Part shown: in pieces, positions 9,173 through 19,880 of the stretch | Layout: every line of letters begins with the position of its first letter | Position numbering within the stretch: position 1 is the stretch's first letter | Assembly: GCA_029855935.1 (NCBI GenBank) | Contig: JAGSHN010000005.1 | Location: forward strand, 142,396-206,395 | DNA from: Candidatus Thorarchaeota archaeon | GTDB lineage: Archaea; Asgardarchaeota; Thorarchaeia; Thorarchaeales; Thorarchaeaceae | Direction: 5' to 3' | Length of the DNA: 64,000 nt | Notes under the pieces: model-generated | Databases searched by the model: none | The model's input: only the letters and a program-made list of their open reading frames with translations | What the model was told of the DNA's origin: nothing | Translations under genes and position numbers: made by a program

Positions 9173-11101
9173 ATGACAGAGAACTACTCGTACAGGGACT
9201 TCTTTCCATATTCGTCAGCCCGAGAGGGGCAGATAGAGATGATGGAAACCATAGAGGAGTGCGTACGGACGGCTCGTCACGTGTGTGCAGAGGCGCCCAA
9301 TGGATTCGGCAAGACCTGTGTGACCCTCGCGGGTGTGCTTCCGTGGGTCAAGGAGAACGAGGGGAAGGTGCTCTATTGCGCAAGAACTCACAAGCAGCTC
9401 GACCGAGTGATGGAGGAGCTCGCAGAGATAGCAACCAAGACCGGCGCGTCGGGGGTTTCTTTCAGAGGACGCCAACATATGTGCATCAACGACTTTGTCA
9501 CAGAGAACGCGGGGACTGTGGCACCGCTCAGTGAGGTGTGCGGCCACCTGAAGGCTGAGAGAAGGTGTCCCTACTATGAAAATCTCAGGCCATATCGCGG
9601 GACTGGCGACTTGCTGGCCGACTTTGACAAATCGGTCCTGACAGCGACCGAGATAGTGCAGTTCGGTCGCGAGGAGGAACTTTGTCCCTACGAACTCGCA
9701 AAGCTCCTTGCCAAAGAGGTTGATGTCGTGGCCCTCTCCTATCTGTATGTCTTCGATCCACATATCCTAGAGCGTTTTGCTCCCGAGCTGGAGATTCCAC
9801 TGTCCAAGGTGGTGCTCGTGGAAGATGAGGCACACAATGTCCCGCACACTGCTCTTGATTCGGCCAGTGATGCGCTCACGCTCCGAACCATCCGACAGGC
9901 AATCAATGAGGGGGGCACTTACAATGACGATTCATCAAAGAGGTTCTGCCGTGGACTCGCGCGTGTCCTGCTCGATTTGTCATCTGACATGAGCGACAAT
10001 TCCGAGATGGTCATTCAACCAGATGATGTGATGGGACGGGTCAAGAGAGAAGCTGACCTGAGAGACTTGACCGAAGTCCTTGTCCACATGGTGGAGCTTG
10101 GACTGAGCATAAAGAGAGGGCTTGTCCGAGTCGGCAAGTATCCTGTGTCAGCCATTCATAGAGTGGCGGAGTTCACGATACGGTTCAGGCAGGTATCCAG
10201 CCGTGAAGACTTTGCCTTTCTTGTATCGTCAAGTATCACCCCCCGTGGGTCAAAACGTGTAGCCCTCGAGATTGTGGCTCTGGACCCCACCTCGGTCACA
10301 GCGCCAATCGTGAGAAGAGTTCATTCTGTGGTCGCGGTATCAGGAACCATGTCGCCACTCTGGGCCTACGCGGAGATGATGGGTCTCAACGCTGATACTA
10401 GGACGTTTGCGGTGAGGAATCCCTTCTCGAGGACGAGCCGGATTGCCCTTGTTGTCGACGGCTTGGATACGTCCTATGCAGAGAGAACCCGAGCACTGTT
10501 TGAGAGGATGGTCAATCATTGTGTTGCAGTGGCGCACTCCACACCCGGAAACACAGGAATCTTCACTACAAGCTACAAGGTGCTCCGAGAGCTATTGGCA
10601 GCAGGCCTAGGTAAGCGGCTGAAGAAGAAACTGTATGTTGAGAAACAGGGTGCCAAGAATACAGAGAATGATCGGCTCGTGGAACAGTTCAGGGAGAGCA
10701 GTACACAGGGAGGAGCTGTTCTGCTGGGGGTGCAGGGTGGACGTAACTCTGAGGGCGGCGATTTCCCGGGCGACACGATGAACAGTGTCGTTGTGGTTGG
10801 AGTGCCCTACGCGCGTCCGACACCAAGAATTGGGGCGCTGATAGAATACTATGATGCTCGTTTCAATGGTCGGGGCAGAGACTACGCATATGTTCTCCCA
10901 GCGATGACAAGGGCGATCCAAGCAGCAGGACGACCAGTGAGGAGACTAGAAGATAGGGGTGCCATAGTATTTTTGGACCAGAGATTTGCAACACCGTACC
11001 TGCGTCGCTTCCTGCCAGCGTGGCTCTCGGAGGTCCTTGAGGTCGTCCCAGACGATCCGTCGACCGTTGCGGAGCGGGTTCATTCATTCTTTGCCGGATG
11101 A
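9173..11101 (+). CDS. xpd: XPD/Rad3-family Fe-S DNA helicase
   Basis: EAPNGFGKT, RTHKQ, Fe-S cysteines (MC, VC, CPYY, CPYE), DEAHN, SGT, SEGGDF, QAAGRPVR. Confidence 0.92.
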   Translation: MTENYSYRDFFPYSSAREGQIEMMETIEECVRTARHVCAEAPNGFGKTCVTLAGVLPWVKENEGKVLYCARTHKQLDRVMEELAEIATKTGASGVSFRGRQHMCINDFVTENAGTVAPLSEVCGHLKAERRCPYYENLRPYRGTGDLLADFDKSVLTATEIVQFGREEELCPYELAKLLAKEVDVVALSYLYVFDPHILERFAPELEIPLSKVVLVEDEAHNVPHTALDSASDALTLRTIRQAINEGGTYNDDSSKRFCRGLARVLLDLSSDMSDNSEMVIQPDDVMGRVKREADLRDLTEVLVHMVELGLSIKRGLVRVGKYPVSAIHRVAEFTIRFRQVSSREDFAFLVSSSITPRGSKRVALEIVALDPTSVTAPIVRRVHSVVAVSGTMSPLWAYAEMMGLNADTRTFAVRNPFSRTSRIALVVDGLDTSYAERTRALFERMVNHCVAVAHSTPGNTGIFTTSYKVLRELLAAGLGKRLKKKLYVEKQGAKNTENDRLVEQFRESSTQGGAVLLGVQGGRNSEGGDFPGDTMNSVVVVGVPYARPTPRIGALIEYYDARFNGRGRDYAYVLPAMTRAIQAAGRPVRRLEDRGAIVFLDQRFATPYLRRFLPAWLSEVLEVVPDDPSTVAERVHSFFAG

Positions 11102-11866
11102 TCTCCCGCGCGTAAGTACGAGCAGAGACGTTTCACCAGCAATCACCCGTTTCGCATCACGTGGCGAGAGACCATTGGACCCCGTCAGTTTCGTGAAGAG
11201 CTTCTGGAGTAGCCGTACATATACATCTCGCTCCTCAAGAATCATGTCAGCATCTGTAACAGGAACTCCGCCACGCAGCGCGATTAGGCGGGCCGAGGAA
11301 CAATCATCAGCACCATTCACTGTGGTATTCCGCTCATCGGTCAGCTCGACTGGCGACTCGTTGTCTATCATCTTGAGACTACGGAGATACAGCGCCCCGA
11401 AGAGTCTGGAGCCATTACCCACGCGAATGACAATGCTACAGTATGGAAATCGCTTCCTGATGGCAGAAGTCCAGAGGGCGGTCTTCCTTGCGGCATCACC
11501 TGGCGATAGAGCAAGTGAAGACAGGATGTGTGCACCATCAATCAGGAGAGCCAGGCCAAATCGCATACCGGGATCAATACCAATGGTTGCTGTGTTCGGC
11601 CGTTCGATTCCCCGTAAGAGGGTCAGAGCCGCAATCAATGCATCCTCGATACTGTCAGTTGACTCTATGCCGACCAGATGTGGAATCGTCCCCGAGGCGT
11701 CGTCTGTCAGTACAGACCGAGCGACCCCGCAGATGGGATCGTTTGGATTGCGGACAACAAAGTCCACTCTCAAGTCTTTGAGTCGTTGAATCACAAGAAA
11801 GCGTAGACGTGAGTCATTGATAGCGACAACTATGGTATCGTGCAGCCCCATATTATCGACAGTCAT
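11084..11866 (-). CDS. Hypothetical protein with RNase H-like (YqgF/Tex-type) motifs
   Basis: TIGIDPG-x2-FGLAL, VGNG, DERNTT, DxxSAxxIA; start trimmed to avoid overlap with radB. Confidence 0.6.
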   Translation of the reverse strand: MTVDNMGLHDTIVVAINDSRLRFLVIQRLKDLRVDFVVRNPNDPICGVARSVLTDDASGTIPHLVGIESTDSIEDALIAALTLLRGIERPNTATIGIDPGMRFGLALLIDGAHILSSLALSPGDAARKTALWTSAIRKRFPYCSIVIRVGNGSRLFGALYLRSLKMIDNESPVELTDERNTTVNGADDCSSARLIALRGGVPVTDADMILEERDVYVRLLQKLFTKLTGSNGLSPRDAKRVIAGETSLLVLTRGRSSGKE

Positions 11867-11908
11867 GGAGCAGTTATCCTTATCACTTCTGCGCAATAGG
11901 GCAGAATA

Positions 11909-12619
11909 GTGATGACAGAGAGTAGTGTCCTCAGCTCGGGACTGGGCTGTATAGACAGACTTCTGGAGGGAGGTCTGAGGGGTGGACAACTGATTCATAT
12001 CTATGGAGAGGCTGCATCTGGAAAGAGCACACTTGCCTATGTCTTCATCAGGGCCGCGTACAGGATGGGCGGTGCGTCTGTCTTGCTGAACTGTGAAACC
12101 AGTTCGCCCGTCGAGCGGCTGGAGCAGGTCCTTGAACGACGAATAAGAGATGTACAGGACCACTTGCGTATCTTTGTGCCAAAGACCTTCGAGGAGCAGG
12201 CGGAGCTCATAGATGATCTCGACCTTTATCTGCCGGAAAATACTATGCTAGTAGTTGTTGACACACTGACCCGGCTGTATAGGGCTAGCCTAGAGGACAA
12301 GGAGAGCAATTATCGGATTCACAGAGAGCTGAACAGACAGATGGGAATATTGAAGGGCATTGCGACACAGCGTGGCCTTCCCGTGTTGGTGCTCAATCAG
12401 GTCAGAGCAGCTCTCAATGGTGATGAGAGCCGATTCGAGCCTGTTGCAAAGAGCATAATGGCATATTGGGCCGATGTCGTCATTCGAATGGAAGTTGGGA
12501 ACCTGCGAGGTGAGAGGATTGTGTCCCGTACGGACCGCAAAGGCAAGCGTTCCGTCTGCCGGTTGGTATTGACTCAAGACGGGCTCGTTACAGCAGGCTC
12601 ATCATATGAGAAAGAGTGA
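11909..12619 (+). CDS. radB: RadA paralogue RadB
   Basis: SSGLGCIDRLLEGG, Walker A GEAASGKST, LVVVDT, LNQV; no N-terminal HhH. Confidence 0.8.
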   Translation: MMTESSVLSSGLGCIDRLLEGGLRGGQLIHIYGEAASGKSTLAYVFIRAAYRMGGASVLLNCETSSPVERLEQVLERRIRDVQDHLRIFVPKTFEEQAELIDDLDLYLPENTMLVVVDTLTRLYRASLEDKESNYRIHRELNRQMGILKGIATQRGLPVLVLNQVRAALNGDESRFEPVAKSIMAYWADVVIRMEVGNLRGERIVSRTDRKGKRSVCRLVLTQDGLVTAGSSYEKE

Positions 12620-12653
12620 TATAACCAACAAAGAAGCACGACAAGAATGTCAG

Positions 12654-13214
12654 ATGTACGAAGAGATTGCCGTCGTCGAGATCGCATTGTGGTTGGGACT
12701 CCCAGCATGGATTGCCAATGCAGTTCCAGTAATCTTAGGGGGAGGACGACCAATCGATGGCGGACGTCGCTTTAGGGATGGACGAAGAATACTCGGTGAT
12801 GGCAAGACCATCAGGGGATTCGTTTCTGGTGTCGTACTGGGAACTGCCACTGGCATTGTTCAGGGCATAGTAGCCCCTTGGATACCCGCGCTCTTGGATA
12901 GGTTTATTGTGGTGACCAATGACATGATTGAGGTCATCTACATCAGGCCCGATACGGCATTCTTGCTGTCTTTTGGGGCCTTGGTCGGGGACCTAGTGGG
13001 CTCGTTCATCAAACGGCGTGTAGGGCTCAGAAGCGGTGGACCAGCGCCAGTATTGGATCAGCTCGGATTTATTGTCATGGCATTGATAATGGCGGCACCT
13101 GTAATTCAGCCAGCGTATCAGTACGTGAGCGTGCTGGTTATTCTGACGCTCATTGTTCACTATCTTAGCAACGTGGGAGGATATCTGCTGGGCTACAAGA
13201 GGCACCCCTGGTAG
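12654..13214 (+). CDS. carS: CDP-archaeol synthase
   Basis: PAWIANAVP, PIDGG, GDGKTIRG, GDLVGSFIKRR, LDQL, terminal PW. Confidence 0.92.
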   Translation: MYEEIAVVEIALWLGLPAWIANAVPVILGGGRPIDGGRRFRDGRRILGDGKTIRGFVSGVVLGTATGIVQGIVAPWIPALLDRFIVVTNDMIEVIYIRPDTAFLLSFGALVGDLVGSFIKRRVGLRSGGPAPVLDQLGFIVMALIMAAPVIQPAYQYVSVLVILTLIVHYLSNVGGYLLGYKRHPW

Positions 13215-13417
13215 TTAGAGGGCGAAACGCCGTGGCAACAGAGTCGGATGCCGAGGATGTGCCACAGCACTGTTGCGCCTGATCCTATTGAGGGGACCCA
13301 CATCAGTGTAAACGTTATATTAAAAAGTACGTACGCGGGGCTATCCTCAAGTGCTCGGAGAGGTGATTCTCCGCACGCACAGTACAACCAATTCTTGATA
13401 CCGGAGTCGTTTGAACA

Positions 13418-14269
13418 ATGAAGGTAGCAGACTTTATGCAGACGGACGTCGTTCATGTGCATGTCCCCGGGACTCGAGAGGACGTTCTGCAGCTGATGGC
13501 CGAGAAGCAGATTAACGGTCTTCCTGTGGTCAAGAAGGGGACGAAGAAACTCGTCGGGATTATCACCAGAACTGACCTCTTGCGGAAGGCCGACGAAGAT
13601 CAGCTTGCTATGTTGATGGTACGTGACCCGCTGACAGTGACCCCGAGAACGACACTGAAGAAGGCTGCAGAACTCATGCTAAAGAGAGGCTATCGACGAC
13701 TGCCGGTAGTTGAGGGAGAAGAACTGGTCGGGCTCATTTCGATACCGGACATTCTTGGTGCAATACTGGAGAATAATGAGGTGGCGCAGAATACTCCAAT
13801 CCGGGAATTTGTCCGTAGGAGTATACTCAGTGTGTGGGAGAAGACCCCATTGCCTCTCGCATACATGATAATGGACATGGCCGGTCAGAACGCTCTTGTT
13901 GTGTTGAATGATCAGGGAGGGGTGACAGGCCTCATCACAGTGAGCGACTTCATCCGTATGTCGGAGGAAACCGTCGAGAACAACGTTTCCGCCACTTTCA
14001 GCGGAACTGAGAATACAGTCGAGTGGGGCTGGACATCCAAGGAGTTTCTCATAGTGACGAAGAAGCTGCTGAGGCTGCCAGACGTGCCAGTGGAGAAGAT
14101 TGTCACAAGGGACATAATCAGCGTCACGGAAGTGACGACTGTGGCTGAATGTATCCGGACAATGCGGAAGAATGATATAGATCAGGCCCCGGTATTGTCA
14201 GCCTCAGGCAATCTGATTGGGATGATTGAGGACCGTGACCTGCTCAGCTTCGCAATCGAACAGATTTAG
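13418..14269 (+). CDS. CBS domain protein (4 CBS repeats)
   Basis: Repeated LPVV..LVGIIT..D motifs; conserved archaeal WxW insert. Confidence 0.85.
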   Translation: MKVADFMQTDVVHVHVPGTREDVLQLMAEKQINGLPVVKKGTKKLVGIITRTDLLRKADEDQLAMLMVRDPLTVTPRTTLKKAAELMLKRGYRRLPVVEGEELVGLISIPDILGAILENNEVAQNTPIREFVRRSILSVWEKTPLPLAYMIMDMAGQNALVVLNDQGGVTGLITVSDFIRMSEETVENNVSATFSGTENTVEWGWTSKEFLIVTKKLLRLPDVPVEKIVTRDIISVTEVTTVAECIRTMRKNDIDQAPVLSASGNLIGMIEDRDLLSFAIEQI

Positions 14270-17200
14270 AAGAAGTCCGTCAGAGCCGTCTGTTTCGACA
14301 CGAAGAGAGAGTCTAGGGAGGCCTCCATCAGACGTACGCGTTCGCGGAGGTAGTTGCTGAGGTCGTATTCGTCCAACATTCTCTTTGCAATGTCAAGATA
14401 CTTGGATATGTTGCGTTCGCGGACCGTAAGGGATAGGCTTGCTCCACAGACGCATTTTCCTGAGAGAGGAACTCTTCGGTAGACTCTGTGGCATCTCAGG
14501 CACTGTATCTTCTGAGTGGAGTAAGCACGGAGATTGCCTCGAATGTCGCGGATGAAGTGGTGGGAGAGAACGCGCTCGGCCACATCCCTTGCGTCCACCG
14601 CAGCAATGAGCTTTGCAATCTTCAACTGGGCCTCGAGCTTCTCGGCCATAGTACCGAGAACCTTGTACCTCGTGGTTTCTGGACCGGAATTGATGTTCGA
14701 GGTGCCGTGTGTGAACGCGAAACCCTCATACTGCGCAGCAGTCCCAAGACGCCTAGCCAGTATGTCTACAAGACGTTCCACGTCCTTTGGGCTACCACCG
14801 CGTGCGGCCATGTCATAAAACTCGGCGGGATACCGACCGCACACCTCCATGTTGTGACTCTCGTCATCCACCTCCGCAGGATTCAATATCACAGAGAGAA
14901 CGAGAGGCGCATCCATAAAACCTCCGCGTCCCGCAGGGAGAAAGTGCTTCGAGAAATTGAGGAGCGCATCGAGTACCAGAATTACCGCATCCTCGTCACC
15001 ATCGCAGTTTCGACGCTTGGCCGCGTGCCAGTATGGATGCGCATAGCATACACTGGCACTGGTAAAGCCGATTACCCGCCCTATGATTCCAGCCGATGTA
15101 TGTGGAGCAAGACCAATTACAAGATGCCCCACAACATCGTCGCGTTTCTTGAACTTGTAGTACCGTGACATATTGTAGATCTTCTCTAGACAGTCGTCGA
15201 CAAACTTGCCCACTCGTACAAGGTAATCTGCACAGTTCTCAGGAACAACAATGTCCTGCACTTTCAGTTCTAGAACTTGATCCTCCGATGTTAGTGGCAT
15301 GCCTTGGTAGTCCGTATGATATCCGAGACCGCGCAAACGTTCAACGGATACACCAATCTCTCGTGGCGTAAAATGAGTGAGTGGAGCATCTGTCGCGTCA
15401 AAGCGCGCAGTACCGTCTCGGTAGGAGTAGACTCCGTGCTTCGCTCTCAGAATTCCCTTACCGATATACTCGGGAATCTTGAAACTGCTGGTCAGTCCAA
15501 GAACACCACGAACACCATACGTCTGTGTTTCGCCAATCTCGGACTTGACACGTTCGAGTAGTTCTCGCATGTCTATACTGTACGTTCTGGTCGCCTTGAC
15601 GAGGTTGACATCGTGACCCAATGGGCACATTCCGGTCTTCGGATCCACAGGGCGACCACAGTCCTCATACGAACAGTAACGTATGATGTCGGTATGCGAG
15701 CCACACTCGGGACATCGCGACTCGAAGGTGTTGTGATGGCAGGTGGGACATAAGCGATTGACCATCTCAACAGTTATCCCACGTGAGGCAGTGTCCAAAG
15801 AGTGACCGGATCCATCCTCAGTGAGTACAGCTGAGGAGGAGTTTACACTCATTCCCTCGGCCACACGCTCCAGAGAGCGCTCACTCCCCATCTCTCTGCC
15901 AACTGGAAAGAGTACTTGGACAGGGGGATGCATGCGACGTTCTTCGGCTTTCTCCGGACGACCCATACGGGCACCTATTGAAACACCAAGCTTGTCACGA
16001 AGTGGAACCTCGGACACAGAGTTTAGGAGAGCAACCGCAGAGTCGCCAGAAGGGGTCGCCTCCGGCGAGCCTAGCTGAGCAAGGATTGTCACGGGGCTGT
16101 CTGCAAGAGTCAGATGCGCATGTGTTGGGATGTGTGGAATGCCCGCACGTTCTAATAGGGACTTGAAGTACTGATCGGATGGGATGACAATATGCTTAGC
16201 ATCCTTGACCTCTAGTATCTCCATATTGGATAGTATCCAGTTTCTCAGCTCCATGACCTCTTCAGCGGAGAGGGCTTGCCAGCGATAGAGGTAGGAGGGG
16301 TGTAGTGGCACTCCGAAGACCTTTGAGAGAGCAACGGCCTGCTCGGGGGTAGGAGTGTGCGATAGAGGCAACTTGATGAACTGATCAAGAAGTTGTGCGG
16401 TCACTCCACACTTCGTCAATCGTCCTGCCAGTTCACGCTCAGGAACCGAACTCACAGCCCTCTCAAGATCGTGTGACCACCACTCCTCACAATACCCAAT
16501 GGGCACTAGCGGATGATTGTTCTCTATGAACTCTCCAACCGCCACTAGAATGTCACCAAGATAGAGAATCTTGGCAACACGGTCACGCACCTCAAGTGCT
16601 CTCTTGACAGTGGATATCTGTTCGACACTGCCATCATCCAGTAGCACTATCGGCCCTTCAATGGAGTCCACGGGCGCAGCAATAGAGCCCTTGCCAGGGC
16701 GTTCAGTGCGAATGTGCGTTCCCGGCGCCAAGAACTCGTCAACAAGATACATCGTGGCGGGGTGGATTCCGACACCAGCGAGGCCAGTGTTTCTGGATCG
16801 GCCATAGCGGAGCCTAAAACCCCCTGTGCGGGAGGGGTGCGAGAATACGGGTCGTCCACCTATGACATCCTCAAGATACTCGGTCTTGGGCGCAATTGCC
16901 TTAGCGATATCATCACCAGTCTCTGCCTGCTTTGCCTTTGATGTTTTCTTCACAAGGTCCTCAAGCCATTCCCAACCCGGAATGTTGATTCTGCTCACTA
17001 TGCGGGCGAGCTTCGCAGCTCGGCCGACCACTCCATCATTCAGAACAAGGACCATCCCGCTCCGTACACGGTTGGTCTCTATCCGGGGCAGGTCGCGGGT
17101 CCCTGATACCTCAAAATCCTCGGTCGGTTCGCCAGTGAGCATTATGGGAAGATGGGATGCAGCGTAGCGAATCAGCTCTGGTTGTACAGAGTATTGTAGA

Positions 17201-17802
17201 TGGACGGCACGTGCGTACAGCTCGACCTCCTCTAGGGCACGCTCGACCTCCTCGGGTGTCGACTTTAGCGCAGGGAGACCTAGAACCTGCCGGACGTAAT
17301 CTGTGACCAAAACAGTCATTGCGGCCTCGGTGCCACCTGCAGCGCGAATGGGACCTGCAAGATAGAGCGCTAGGTATCGCTCGTCACCGGACCCGCGGAT
17401 GCGTACCTTTGCTATGCCCTCAAGAGGGGCTGCTGTGATGCTCTCCGTCAGAATTGAGAGAGCGACACGGACAGCCTTGTCGGCGGCCTTCTCAGGATCG
17501 GCGATATCGCCCAGCGTCCCCTGCGCAATCTCCTTGGCAATCTGGAACGCCACCTCTTCACGTGACATCTTGCTCTGGAGCTCGCGAATACGTGCGGCAA
17601 CACCTTGTGGCCCCTCCAGCGTTGCCTCTACACGGGCGGCCACATCGTGAGCATGCGGAATCTCCACGCGTCGTACAGGATCAACCCCCACAGCGCGTGC
17701 TCTCTCCGCAATGTGGTATATCCGCTGCACCTCCTCACTTAGCTTCTGAAAGTAGAGCGCATACGCTGGACTATGCTCCGGAAGAGTGTGTTCTACCGCC
17801 AT
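14266..17802 (-). CDS. polC: DNA polymerase D large subunit DP2
   Basis: AGPIRAAGGT, GGFRLRYGRSR, RMGRPEKA, catalytic RRNCDGDED, C-terminal Zn finger and PIP box QTALTDFF; no intein. Confidence 0.97.
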   Translation of the reverse strand: MAVEHTLPEHSPAYALYFQKLSEEVQRIYHIAERARAVGVDPVRRVEIPHAHDVAARVEATLEGPQGVAARIRELQSKMSREEVAFQIAKEIAQGTLGDIADPEKAADKAVRVALSILTESITAAPLEGIAKVRIRGSGDERYLALYLAGPIRAAGGTEAAMTVLVTDYVRQVLGLPALKSTPEEVERALEEVELYARAVHLQYSVQPELIRYAASHLPIMLTGEPTEDFEVSGTRDLPRIETNRVRSGMVLVLNDGVVGRAAKLARIVSRINIPGWEWLEDLVKKTSKAKQAETGDDIAKAIAPKTEYLEDVIGGRPVFSHPSRTGGFRLRYGRSRNTGLAGVGIHPATMYLVDEFLAPGTHIRTERPGKGSIAAPVDSIEGPIVLLDDGSVEQISTVKRALEVRDRVAKILYLGDILVAVGEFIENNHPLVPIGYCEEWWSHDLERAVSSVPERELAGRLTKCGVTAQLLDQFIKLPLSHTPTPEQAVALSKVFGVPLHPSYLYRWQALSAEEVMELRNWILSNMEILEVKDAKHIVIPSDQYFKSLLERAGIPHIPTHAHLTLADSPVTILAQLGSPEATPSGDSAVALLNSVSEVPLRDKLGVSIGARMGRPEKAEERRMHPPVQVLFPVGREMGSERSLERVAEGMSVNSSSAVLTEDGSGHSLDTASRGITVEMVNRLCPTCHHNTFESRCPECGSHTDIIRYCSYEDCGRPVDPKTGMCPLGHDVNLVKATRTYSIDMRELLERVKSEIGETQTYGVRGVLGLTSSFKIPEYIGKGILRAKHGVYSYRDGTARFDATDAPLTHFTPREIGVSVERLRGLGYHTDYQGMPLTSEDQVLELKVQDIVVPENCADYLVRVGKFVDDCLEKIYNMSRYYKFKKRDDVVGHLVIGLAPHTSAGIIGRVIGFTSASVCYAHPYWHAAKRRNCDGDEDAVILVLDALLNFSKHFLPAGRGGFMDAPLVLSVILNPAEVDDESHNMEVCGRYPAEFYDMAARGGSPKDVERLVDILARRLGTAAQYEGFAFTHGTSNINSGPETTRYKVLGTMAEKLEAQLKIAKLIAAVDARDVAERVLSHHFIRDIRGNLRAYSTQKIQCLRCHRVYRRVPLSGKCVCGASLSLTVRERNISKYLDIAKRMLDEYDLSNYLRERVRLMEASLDSLFVSKQTALTDFF

Positions 17803-18020
17803 CTCCGTCCAATAGAAGATGCCTTTGCCCGCTTTTGAGTGTTGAGATACAAGGCGGCAGAAGAGAGTGCCTCAGCGACCTTCATGCGCATAGTCAATGG
17901 TCGCATAATGCGTGAGGAAGATTGCGTCAGGCCAACATAGCTCTGAACCACCGAGCAGTGACACTTTAAGGGTCATTGTACAACAGAGAGGCAGAGTCGA
18001 ATTGAGAGGATGAACTGTAG

Positions 18021-19784
18021 TTGCTCACGCTAGAGGAAACAATTCAATTGATTCTCAAGAACAGGACGGACTTGGATCGCAAGGCAGTCATGGAGATGAT
18101 AGAACAGAAGCGCCAACAGATGGGGCCCGAGTTAGTGAACGAGGAGTCTGCCGCAATGATTGTGGCGCGCGACTTGGGTATCGACCTCCACCAGATAACA
18201 GCGAGACCGCGCATGAAGATTGAGGACATCACGGAGGGGAGCAGAAGTGTCACTCTTACTGCGAAGGTGGTTGGAGTGGACACCGTGAGGGAGTTCTCCA
18301 GGAGTGGAGGAGGGACTGGCAGGGTCGCAAGTATCACTGTGGCCGACGACACGGGAAGAATAAGGGTCGTTCTATGGGACGAAACGACAAGACTTGTTTC
18401 AGATGGCCTGGTGACCGTAGGATCGTGGGTCCAGATACGGAACGCCTATGTAAAACAGGGATTGAGGGGCGCACTTGAGCTGAACATCGGACGAATGGGA
18501 GGAATAAGGGCTCTTGAGGATTACGAGATTGAGGAACTCGACATCGAAGTCGCCGATGCTGAAACCGTCAAGCTGGGAGAACTCAGGGAGAATATGTACG
18601 ACGTCGTTGTGGTCTTCGCGGTTCAGAGAGTATTTGGGCTATCCACGTTCACTAGGAAGTCAGATGGCAGTGAGGGAAAGGTGCTCAGCCTGATTGGCGC
18701 GGATGAAACAGGATCCGCGCGCATAGTATTCTGGGACGATCAAGCGGAGCAGATGAGAGATGTCGAGGAGGGTGAGGTGATACGACTCTCGGGAGCATAC
18801 ACAAGAAAGGGCAGATACGGCGACATAGAGGTACATGCCGGAAGATCGTCGCGGATTGACAGAGGACTGGACCAGAAGATTGAGGCCGTTGAAACTCCAT
18901 CCGCGAAGTTCCAAGAGATGGGGCTACAGCCAATCAAGAGCCTCTCCATTGAGATGAGGGACGTGGATATCGAGGGTAAAGTGCTCAAGATATTCCCCGC
19001 GACCACCTTTCAGAGAGAAAATGGAGAGGGGCGGGTTCAAAATATTCTCGTCACAGATGGCACGGGCACTGTCAGAGTGACATTCTGGAATGACGATGTC
19101 GACAAAGTGAAAGACCTACATGAAGGCGACATCATAAGAATCAGACATGGCTATATCAAGGAGGGGTTCAGGGGAGGAGTGGACTTTCAGGTGGGTCGAA
19201 GAGCCGAGATTGAGATAAATCCAAGAGGGACTGGCCTTGAGAACCTGGATTTGAGTCAGGTCGATCTCGTTCCCACCACCTTGGGAAACCGAGTGCAGAT
19301 CGCAAAGATTGACGAGAGCATGGAGGGTAAGAGTGTGGAGATAAGCGGCCTAATAATGACCGTTTCGCGGAGGAGCCCAATCTACGCAGCCTGTCCCAAC
19401 TGTAAGAAGAAGGTTGAGGAGGATGCACAGGGATACACCTGTCCAGTCTGTGGCCCAGTTCCTCAGCCAGAGTACCGTATGCTGTACAAGGTGACAATAG
19501 ACGACGGGACCAGTTCAATTCCGGTGACGCTCTTCGGACAGACTGCCGAGGAGTTGTTGGGCATGACTGCAGCAGAGGCGCATGAACTCATCACGAGGAG
19601 TGGGAAGGAGAGCGAGCCATTCGACAGGAACTCCCATCGAATGCTTGGAGTGCGCGTAGCAGTCAGAGGTAGAGTGACAAGGTTTCGAGACTCGTTGGAG
19701 ATCGCCGCCTCATCCCTAGCGTTTCCCGACATCATAAGAGAGATAGAGAGAGAACGAGAGAGGATTGGACAGCTCATGAGGTGA
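18021..19784 (+). CDS. rpa: Replication protein A large subunit (4 OB folds + Zn finger)
   Basis: Three D-x-TG..R...W OB folds plus OB-C with CPNC..CPVC and DDGT; C-terminal helix. Confidence 0.9.
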   Translation: MLTLEETIQLILKNRTDLDRKAVMEMIEQKRQQMGPELVNEESAAMIVARDLGIDLHQITARPRMKIEDITEGSRSVTLTAKVVGVDTVREFSRSGGGTGRVASITVADDTGRIRVVLWDETTRLVSDGLVTVGSWVQIRNAYVKQGLRGALELNIGRMGGIRALEDYEIEELDIEVADAETVKLGELRENMYDVVVVFAVQRVFGLSTFTRKSDGSEGKVLSLIGADETGSARIVFWDDQAEQMRDVEEGEVIRLSGAYTRKGRYGDIEVHAGRSSRIDRGLDQKIEAVETPSAKFQEMGLQPIKSLSIEMRDVDIEGKVLKIFPATTFQRENGEGRVQNILVTDGTGTVRVTFWNDDVDKVKDLHEGDIIRIRHGYIKEGFRGGVDFQVGRRAEIEINPRGTGLENLDLSQVDLVPTTLGNRVQIAKIDESMEGKSVEISGLIMTVSRRSPIYAACPNCKKKVEEDAQGYTCPVCGPVPQPEYRMLYKVTIDDGTSSIPVTLFGQTAEELLGMTAAEAHELITRSGKESEPFDRNSHRMLGVRVAVRGRVTRFRDSLEIAASSLAFPDIIREIERERERIGQLMR

Positions 19785-19880
19785 CGGACTGGATTCTCCT
19801 GTCAGCCACGACGACCCCGAGCAGAGAACGACTGGTGATGGCGGGGACTACATAGTCGGAGTGTAAAGATATCTCTAGCA

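Noticed and set aside
14266-17802. Inteins in DP2 (also checked infB, rpoA, topA, lhr)
   Set aside because: Normal lengths; no C...HN termini or LAGLIDADG motifs.
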